From positions 324,900-388,899 of the forward strand of contig CBDDOO010000001.1 of NCBI GenBank assembly GCA_965231905.1: DNA of 64,000 nucleotides, in the 5' to 3' direction. Under the pieces are notes generated by a model, which saw only the letters and a list, made by a program, of their open reading frames with translations, did no database searches and had not been told where the DNA came from. Origin of the DNA: Arenicellales bacterium (GTDB lineage Bacteria > Pseudomonadota > Gammaproteobacteria > Arenicellales > Poriferihabitantaceae). This document shows, piece by piece, positions 57,670 to 64,000 of this stretch (positions are counted from its first letter, which is position 1; the number at the start of each line of letters is the position of its first letter). Made by a program: the position numbers and the translations under genes.

Positions 57670-58515
57670 TTACCCGGGATCTTCGAAATCCCGGGCATCG
57701 TGACGCTCGCGCAACAGCCCCGGATTGTCCGAAGAACGGTTGACACGCTTCCCCCGCTTTACCGCTGGCCGCTCCCCGATCTCCCTGGCCCAGCGGTCAA
57801 GATGCTGGTAGGAGGCCGCCTCCAGGAACTCCGCCGCCTCGTAGATGGAATTGAACATCAGCCGACCGTACCAGGGCCAGATGGCGATATCCGCTACGGT
57901 ATACTCATCCCCGCAGATATAGCGGCGGTCTGCCAGATTGCGATCCAGCACATCCAGCTGCCGCTTGACCTCCATGGTATAGCGGTGGATCGGATATTCC
58001 ATGAAATGGGGGGCGTACCTGTAAAAATGGCCGAAGCCGCCACCGAGATACGGAGCGCTGCCCATTTGCCAGAAAAGCCACGACAGGCACTCGGCCCTCT
58101 GTGAAGCGCCGGTTGGCGCCAGCGCCTGGAACTTGTCCGCGAGATACCAGAGAATCGCGCCGGATTCGAAGATCCGCACGGGTTCTTCTTCGCTGCAATC
58201 CAGCAGGGCGGGGATTTTCGAGTTGGGGTTGATCGCCACGAAACCGCTGCCGAACTGATCGCCCTCATTGATGTCGATGTACCAGGCATCGTATTCCGCG
58301 CCCTGATGGCCGGCCTCCAGCAGTTCCTCCAGCATCACCGTGACCTTGATGCCGTTGGGGGTGCCCAGGGAATACAGTTGCATCGGGTGATGGCCGCGGG
58401 GCAACTCCCGTTCATGAGTGGGACCGGCAACGGGACGGTTGATCCCGGCCCACCGGCCCCCGTTTCCCTGGTCCGGGCACCAGACTTTGGGCGGCTTCCA
58501 GGATTCGTCTGTCAT
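57670..58515 (-). CDS. yghU: Nu-class glutathione S-transferase, YghU-like
   Basis: HPMQLYSLGTPNGIKVTVMLEELL...INPNSKIPALLD, with the N-terminal extension typical of YghU. Confidence 0.85.
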   Translation of the reverse strand: MTDESWKPPKVWCPDQGNGGRWAGINRPVAGPTHERELPRGHHPMQLYSLGTPNGIKVTVMLEELLEAGHQGAEYDAWYIDINEGDQFGSGFVAINPNSKIPALLDCSEEEPVRIFESGAILWYLADKFQALAPTGASQRAECLSWLFWQMGSAPYLGGGFGHFYRYAPHFMEYPIHRYTMEVKRQLDVLDRNLADRRYICGDEYTVADIAIWPWYGRLMFNSIYEAAEFLEAASYQHLDRWAREIGERPAVKRGKRVNRSSDNPGLLRERHDARDFEDPG

Positions 58516-58554
58516 ATTTGTCGACTCATCACCTGCGAAAATAACGGGGAGTGC

Positions 58555-58866
58555 TTAGCCTGGGGAAGTCGCATATTGTTGTATGTTTTTCAACTCTTTG
58601 CGCCCCCGGTCTTTGGCTAGTCCCAAGTCATAGTGGGCTTGTAAATTCACCCAGAACTCCGGGCTTGTGCGAAAAGCAACAGACAATCGCAAAGCCGTAT
58701 CACCCGATATGCCGCGTTGTCCGTTAATGATCCCACTGATCCTGTTTGCGGGAACATGAATGTGCTTGGCAAACCTGTTCGCGCTTAACCCAAGCGGCTC
58801 AAGATATTCATTCACGAGGATTTTCCCCGGATGAACGGGTTTAATGGTAGTCGCAGATTTCGACAT
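58555..58866 (-). CDS. higA: HigA-type XRE-family antitoxin (no adjacent toxin gene)
   Basis: HPGKILVNEYLEPLGLSANRFAKHIHVPANRISGIINGQRGISGDTALRL matches the HigA/VapI signature. Start at ATG 58866. Confidence 0.85.
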   Translation of the reverse strand: MSKSATTIKPVHPGKILVNEYLEPLGLSANRFAKHIHVPANRISGIINGQRGISGDTALRLSVAFRTSPEFWVNLQAHYDLGLAKDRGRKELKNIQQYATSPG

Positions 58867-58909
58867 GGTAAGCATCTCCATTTTGCCAAGTGAAGCATAT
58901 TGTATCGTA

Positions 58910-59743
58910 TCACACCTCTGATTCTTGTCCGTATTTGAGGGTGGGGTCAGCGATCCAGCCTTCGAGTGGATCAAGTGTACTGGGAGCGCCGTAGTTTCGG
59001 TCTTGGTTGCGCCAGGCCCAAGCGGCTTGAATGGCGCAAAGCAGAGCATCCAGATGGTCGCCCTGCGGGTCGTCGGCGAGAGTTTTTGGGGCGTTGAGGG
59101 TAAGGCCGTAGGTGGCGTGGAGCTTTTCGCTTGTCAGCATGTCGAACAGATCTTGTCTGGCGGTGTACTGGGCTTTTGTTTGTTTCTTTTTCGTGTCCTG
59201 CTTGTAGCTGCGCCACCCGATGAAGCGCCGGGCCAACACACCGGGATAGGCTTCAACCACAATTCTGTTTTGATCACCAGATTGCAAGGCGGAGACCATC
59301 ACGTTCGCCTTGCGTAAGCGTGGCGCTCCTTCAAAGAACATCAGGCCGACTGGTGAGCCATAGAGCTTTTGCGGGCTGAGCGAACTGGCGTCAATATCAG
59401 TCTGGCGCCGGTGTTCTTTATCGCGGTATGGTCTCTTTTCGCGGTAGTCATCCAGCTTTTTCCTGAATTCTTTCCGGTCCAGTGTACTGACGTATTCGAC
59501 GTAGCCTGCCCAGGTTGTTGGCCATCCAATCGTTTCTATAAATCTTCGTGCCTGCCCGAAGGGGAAGTCCATGCCTGCAATCCAGGGGCCGGGACAGAGG
59601 AGGGCGGCTTCGAAGTCCTTAAAGTTCTGCCATCCGTATAGTGTATTTGCTGTTAAGTGATCATCCTCTAAGGTACATGCCAGGCAGGTGATCGGCTTGT
59701 GGAGTTTTGGGCGGCTCGTGAAATCTATTCCGTAGACTCTCAT
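58910..59743 (-). CDS. DUF429-family protein (predicted RNase H-like fold)
   Basis: MRVYGIDFTS at the N-terminus, with overall length and pattern recalled for DUF429. Confidence 0.7.
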   Translation of the reverse strand: MRVYGIDFTSRPKLHKPITCLACTLEDDHLTANTLYGWQNFKDFEAALLCPGPWIAGMDFPFGQARRFIETIGWPTTWAGYVEYVSTLDRKEFRKKLDDYREKRPYRDKEHRRQTDIDASSLSPQKLYGSPVGLMFFEGAPRLRKANVMVSALQSGDQNRIVVEAYPGVLARRFIGWRSYKQDTKKKQTKAQYTARQDLFDMLTSEKLHATYGLTLNAPKTLADDPQGDHLDALLCAIQAAWAWRNQDRNYGAPSTLDPLEGWIADPTLKYGQESEV

Positions 59744-59886
59744 GCGTCCAATGTCACATAGACAGGATTAATTGTCCAGAGTTTTTAGCTTTTGACAGAG
59801 TACAGATTTTCTGTCGTGGCTTCGGCTTTCAGCAATGGCGCTCAGCCGACATTCTTTTTGTTCCAGAACATGCCGAGCGATGATCT

Positions 59887-62121
59887 TCATGTGCGGGCGA
59901 GTACCTTTTCGAACCACAGTATGGCTGCCTCGCCTTCTTTCAGTGTGACCTCATCAACCGAACGGCTATGGCGTATGCCGTTTCGGAGTTCTGCCAACTG
60001 GTCAAACTTCACTAACAATGTTGATTTGTTCGCGAATCGGCTCTCAAAACTCTGCCAGAGGTTCTTATTGAAAATCGTTTCCTGCAACTCTCGCAAATCA
60101 CTGTACTCAAGCCGCCGACTTAACAGTTTGTATTGATCCAGTTCGATATTAGCATTCTTTTTTGCGGCTGCCTGGATACGTTCATCGATTTTCTGAAGCA
60201 CATGAGATGGTAGCCGCTCAGCATCACTTTCGAGTGTCTTGTCCACTTGTTTTCGAAGAGAGAGCTCAATGTGTTCGACACGTCTATCTAGCTCTCGCAA
60301 ATGAGGTGACAGGTCACTCCTCCCCTTGATCAGCAGATTCTCAATCGCCTCCAGAAGTGTCCTCTGGCGTTCAGCAATAAACTTCTCGTAGTCATCTTCA
60401 GTAAATGGATTGCGTAACAGTATAACGAGAGCCGCTGGGGAGATAAAATGCGATTCAAATATGCTGTGTACCGTGCTTTCCCCACTTTGCTTGATCAGTT
60501 CTGGAAGATATTCGTTTGGAAGCCGATTGCCAATAATGCGCCGGTTCGTTTCGGCAGAAAGTGGTGTACGGTTCAAAATTGAGTGAATCAGCCTACCATC
60601 AACGCTCAGTTCCATCGCTTTCGAGGCCGGAATGATGTGATGATCGTCCAAATCATCAAATTGAGGCACATTGCCATTGACCCAGTCGCGAGCCCCCTGA
60701 ATAATGAGTAAATTGAAGATACCGTTATAGATTGAAGTACCGCGCCTGACTTCACCCCGAAGGTCCAAATTTCGGAAACGCACCTTAAATTCCTGGATCA
60801 GTCTAGGTTCACTCTCATCGTTATCCATCCAGGCTTTCATATCCAGGAAATCCCGCGCCGCAGTTGAGTCGACAGAACCTGAGTATCGATTCAGGAATAC
60901 CGCGGCCCAGTACCAATGCCTAACCTTGAATTGTGCCTCAAGTTTCTGGCTGTCGGATAATTCTCTGACGTGCGCCTGTATGGCAGAAAATACCGGGATG
61001 ATCGAAATGTAGGGGAGATAATTCGAAGAAATCGCACCGAATTCCTGAGGATGTCGCAAGAGTTTGATGGCCGCCTCAAGGGCAGCAACAGCATCATCCC
61101 AACGCTGCGTGAATGCCGTCGTATCAGCAACTAACACTTCCTTCCGACGTGTCCCATCGGGGTCACGGACTGGCTTCTCTGATCCGGGTAGAAGGAAGTA
61201 GAGGTAATTCGGTGAGCAGTACCCTTGCCTGAGAATCGACATTACTTGCAAGATGTACACATTCATCTTATTTGAGTCAACAAACTCAAGACGGGGGGCA
61301 GCGGCGCGCCACATATGTTTTAACTGCAAACCTTTGGGCTTGAGCAATGCATTCATAAGATCGAAGGTATCAAGTTGAATCCCTTTGCTATTGATCTGCG
61401 TAAATATGTCGCAGACCTTGTCGACTCCAAGTTGCTGATCAAGTTCGATATAGGAAATCTGGTACTGTTCTGTAAGAACCTTGAGGTGCTCGCCAAATGC
61501 CGACGCATTCTTGGCATTCAGCGTCGCTTCCTGGTACTGATCATTCTCACCTGACTGCTCTGCTTCAGCCGCTACTTTACGCCAATGCTTTTCGTATTCT
61601 TGCACCCAGTTCGGCAATGCCCAGCCCTCTTCACCAACAACGGCCAACGGAAAGATATGATTCGCATACTGCTGCTCACGATTGGTAATGAGTTTTGCCC
61701 AGCGTTTCGACCAATCGTACTCGAACGCCTTATCGTACTCATCAGCCATAAAACGGTCGATACGAACGAAGAAGTAATACCGATTTGCACGAGTAGGCAG
61801 TGGCTTATCGGGTGCCAGAAACGCGTAGTACATGGCCGTGAGCCGCTGTTGTCCGTCCAGCACGATGTATTCCGCCTTTTCTCGACCTTCATAGCCGTAG
61901 ACCGGTTCGCAGGACAGTGCCTCAAAGTTCTTTTTCTTGCCAGTCCAGAGCAACAAGCTGCCAATATAATAGTCGAGGAATATTGAGCGCATCAGATCAC
62001 GAATGTCCCATGGTTTCCACTCAAACTCGCGCTGAAAGTCGGGAATGACGAATCGCCCTTCCCGCAGTCGTCCAATGAGCGTGTTCAGTGTGACATGATC
62101 AGGTTTCTGTGCATTTTTCAT
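59887..62121 (-). CDS. GmrSD-type DUF262 (ParB-like NTPase) + DUF1524 (His-Me/HNH-like nuclease) protein with extra C-terminal HEPN-like tail
   Basis: IPDFQREFEW and LDGQQRLT (DUF262). DDHHIIPAS...LNRTPLSAETNRRIGN (DUF1524). C-terminal AELRNGIRHS is an Rx4H motif at 59968-59985. Confidence 0.85.
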   Translation of the reverse strand: MKNAQKPDHVTLNTLIGRLREGRFVIPDFQREFEWKPWDIRDLMRSIFLDYYIGSLLLWTGKKKNFEALSCEPVYGYEGREKAEYIVLDGQQRLTAMYYAFLAPDKPLPTRANRYYFFVRIDRFMADEYDKAFEYDWSKRWAKLITNREQQYANHIFPLAVVGEEGWALPNWVQEYEKHWRKVAAEAEQSGENDQYQEATLNAKNASAFGEHLKVLTEQYQISYIELDQQLGVDKVCDIFTQINSKGIQLDTFDLMNALLKPKGLQLKHMWRAAAPRLEFVDSNKMNVYILQVMSILRQGYCSPNYLYFLLPGSEKPVRDPDGTRRKEVLVADTTAFTQRWDDAVAALEAAIKLLRHPQEFGAISSNYLPYISIIPVFSAIQAHVRELSDSQKLEAQFKVRHWYWAAVFLNRYSGSVDSTAARDFLDMKAWMDNDESEPRLIQEFKVRFRNLDLRGEVRRGTSIYNGIFNLLIIQGARDWVNGNVPQFDDLDDHHIIPASKAMELSVDGRLIHSILNRTPLSAETNRRIIGNRLPNEYLPELIKQSGESTVHSIFESHFISPAALVILLRNPFTEDDYEKFIAERQRTLLEAIENLLIKGRSDLSPHLRELDRRVEHIELSLRKQVDKTLESDAERLPSHVLQKIDERIQAAAKKNANIELDQYKLLSRRLEYSDLRELQETIFNKNLWQSFESRFANKSTLLVKFDQLAELRNGIRHSRSVDEVTLKEGEAAILWFEKVLART

Positions 62122-62257
62122 ACGGTTCTTCTTTTGTCCAGTACAGCCACAAGCCGTTGGTATTTACTATCTGCATGGGGAACGAAATCAACGGGTGTCA
62201 GCATCAACCATACATCTTTATCATACTCAATGCGCTGGCGGATTCATAGGACATTGA

Positions 62258-63625
62258 TCAAAGCAGGCGGTCAGCAATGTCCGGGGCATCTTCAGAACTA
62301 ATCCGTCCATTACTTAACAACTGGGTGCGAATGGTCCATGGCGATACATTGAAGTGGTCTGCTACCTCGTTCTGTTTTTCCTCGGAATCATAATCGCCTT
62401 CCATCATGCCGTCCACACAGGTAAACGGGCTTAACAGCTCAGCGGCAAATGCGCGTTGAAGTTTCTGACGGTAGCTATAGGCACGAGTTGCCGGGAGAAG
62501 GGGTTCAGTGGAATTGCATATTTGTGTGCAAAATACACGGTCTCCGATCAGGCGCGCCAGGTCAAACCGCCGCCCCGTTTGCCTGGATGGCCGAAGGGAT
62601 ACATACGAACGATTGTTGCTCCGGTCAAGTGCAAAAGAGATATTGTGTGCAGGATGATCGGACTGTCCCGAAATCGCGTTTTCCATGGCGCCTGCAAAAC
62701 TGGTCAGAACCTGGTTACAGATCGGTTGATCATGCAGCTTTTCCTGACTACGGATGCTCTGTGCAAAAAGTTGGCCCAGATGCCATGCCTGTACAGGCTC
62801 TGCCGGCTGTGGAATACCTGTCATATTGTCCAATTTGACGGCATTGTTCGGATTAGCTTCAAAACCATCTCGTTTAGCGATTTCTACAAAGTCCTGTCCA
62901 TGAATCACACTGTTTGCCGTGTGGTCGCCCGGCTTCACATCAGCCGCAATCTCTCCCAGAGCTTTTTCCCCCAGTTTGTTCGCATCGTCAAGCCAGGATT
63001 TCAATTCATTCTCATCTGTCTCATCCGGTTCATAACCGAGTTGGGCTTCCAAACGACGATAACAGGCCAGTTCAGGGTTTTCTCTTTCTTCGCGTAGATC
63101 GTTCCACAGACGGTGCAGGTTGCTGCTGCCGATTCCCTTCTTACCGAGTCGCATCAACATATCTTCTACAAAACCGTCAATAGCATTTTCAAGGGTTTCT
63201 GCACGAACCCATTGACGACTTGGCGCCCCCAGGTAACGGAACAGAACTGTTTCCGGATCACTGGAAGGCCCGGATGACAGGCAAGACAACACACCATCCG
63301 AGAAAATCGTTACATTGGGCCAGACATACCCTTCGCCTATGGTTGACATTTGATGTGCGAAATTCCAATGCGCTGCGGCATCTTCATCAGAAGGGCGACG
63401 GACCTCCCAGCGCAGTCGCCACCAGTTCCACAACAGCCACTCGGCAATGTGATAACCTGGGACATACGGACCGTGGCGGAGTTGCCTGTTGTTCATGTCC
63501 TCACCTGCAGTTAACAAATGCTTGTTTGCTACTGTCATGGCAAACAGACCAAATGTCGCTCGCTCTGCTTCGGTTCCGAAATCAGCATTTTCCGGGGTCA
63601 ATGAAATTGTCAGGTTATCGATCAT
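62258..63625 (-). CDS. hypothetical protein (455 aa) with degenerate ImmA/IrrE-like C-terminal module
   Basis: RRFDLARLIGDRVF (62534-62572) sits where ImmA/IrrE proteins have rfTlaHElgH. The downstream QRAFAAELLSPF (62423-62449) resembles the conserved AN.FAaeLLmP. Start at ATG 63625 (MIDNLTISL). Confidence 0.65.
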   Translation of the reverse strand: MIDNLTISLTPENADFGTEAERATFGLFAMTVANKHLLTAGEDMNNRQLRHGPYVPGYHIAEWLLWNWWRLRWEVRRPSDEDAAAHWNFAHQMSTIGEGYVWPNVTIFSDGVLSCLSSGPSSDPETVLFRYLGAPSRQWVRAETLENAIDGFVEDMLMRLGKKGIGSSNLHRLWNDLREERENPELACYRRLEAQLGYEPDETDENELKSWLDDANKLGEKALGEIAADVKPGDHTANSVIHGQDFVEIAKRDGFEANPNNAVKLDNMTGIPQPAEPVQAWHLGQLFAQSIRSQEKLHDQPICNQVLTSFAGAMENAISGQSDHPAHNISFALDRSNNRSYVSLRPSRQTGRRFDLARLIGDRVFCTQICNSTEPLLPATRAYSYRQKLQRAFAAELLSPFTCVDGMMEGDYDSEEKQNEVADHFNVSPWTIRTQLLSNGRISSEDAPDIADRLL

Positions 63626-63718
63626 CTTGATTCCCACTCTTTGATGATATATTTTTTCATATCGACCTCGTTGCCGTAGTAAAAAACGGGAGTACAATAT
63701 GCACTTTCTACCTCAAGT

Positions 63719-63795
63719 CGGGGTGTAGCTCAGCCTGGTAGAGTACTGCCTTCGGGAGGCAGGGGCCGGTGGTTCGAATCCACTCACCCCGACCA
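63719..63795 (+). tRNA. tRNA-Pro (anticodon CGG)
   Basis: Cloverleaf folded by eye: acceptor CGGGGTG/CACCCCG, D-arm AGCTCAGCCTGGTAGAGT, anticodon stem CTGCC/GGCAG with loop TTCGGGA, T-loop GGTTCGAATCC, encoded CCA. Confidence 0.9.
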
Positions 63796-63859
63796 TAGAA
63801 AACAATGCCATCACGTTAAAGCGGTTTTGACCCGGACCGTGCGTGTAACGGTTACGGGG

Positions 63860-64000
63860 TCAATTCATATCCAGCGCCTTCTTCCGTTCATTCGCCCAGG
63901 TCCGTATGATCTGGTCAACCGCAAGACCCATGAAGGCGACACACAACCCCAGTGTCAGTCCGATTCCGGTGCCCTGTGGATCAGAAATGGCTTTCAGAAT
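63860..64000 (-). CDS. 3' end of a membrane/permease-like gene (partial, start beyond window)
   Basis: My reverse-strand translation ends ...ILKAISDPQGTGIGLTLGLCVAFMGLAVDQIIRTWANERKKALDMN*. Hydrophobic segment only. Confidence 0.35.
   Translation of the reverse strand: MLKAISDPQGTGIGLTLGLCVAFMGLAVDQIIRTWANERKKALDMN

Noticed and set aside
63719-63795. tRNA-Pro as a classical integration site for the 58555-63697 patch
   Set aside because: The accessory genes lie on the 5' side of the tRNA. I saw no direct repeat of the tRNA 3' end and no integrase, so tRNA-targeted integration cannot be claimed from this window.

Overview
64-kb stretch of a GC-rich, gammaproteobacterium-like chromosome (inferred from gene content only). 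Ordinary metabolic operons are interrupted by three accessory patches that look more AT-rich by eye (not computed). (1) 1-14601 is a defence island. It holds a partial C5 DNA methyltransferase, a small unknown ORF and an IS4-superfamily IS. Next comes a three-gene cassette at 3237-8658: a HEPN/DUF4209-like protein, a dual GHKL/histidine-kinase-like ATPase, and a REC-domain protein with an unrecognisable output domain. A second C5 methyltransferase follows, appended to a complete type I R-M operon (hsdR-hsdM-hsdS). I rank the three-gene cassette as the best candidate for an undescribed, Detocs-like two-component defence system. (2) 35584-46182 contains a ~7.7-kb insertion bracketed by ~190-bp direct repeats of the pncA 5' end. 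It carries a FitAB/VapBC toxin-antitoxin pair and a 1985-aa single-gene helicase-nuclease (transglutaminase-like core + DUF4011 + SF1 helicase + Vsr/DUF559 nuclease + DUF3320, Hhe-like). It is followed by an AAA ATPase cassette with 46-bp tandem repeats and an intact IS5 element with a TTAA target duplication. (3) 58555-63697, next to tRNA-Pro(CGG), holds an orphan HigA, a DUF429 protein, a GmrSD-type (DUF262/DUF1524) enzyme with an extra C-terminal Rx4H HEPN-like tail, and a 455-aa protein with a degenerate ImmA/IrrE-like module. Backbone genes: Nu-class GSTs (yfcG-like, yghU-like); a mannitol/sorbitol ABC uptake plus mannitol dehydrogenase, fructokinase and ROK regulator operon; a Sel1 protein; a TrpD-like protein; cysG; a cysteine desulfurase; cspA; a TRAP transporter plus HisD-like/SDR/Zn-ADH cluster syntenic with hpsKLMNOP (dihydroxypropanesulfonate catabolism); pncA; an RTX protein; a SAM methyltransferase; and a LivJHMGF-type transporter coupled to a membrane protein, a PLP decarboxylase and a DsbA-like protein. 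No CRISPR array or rRNA was seen. All family assignments come from motif recognition by eye; no searches were run.
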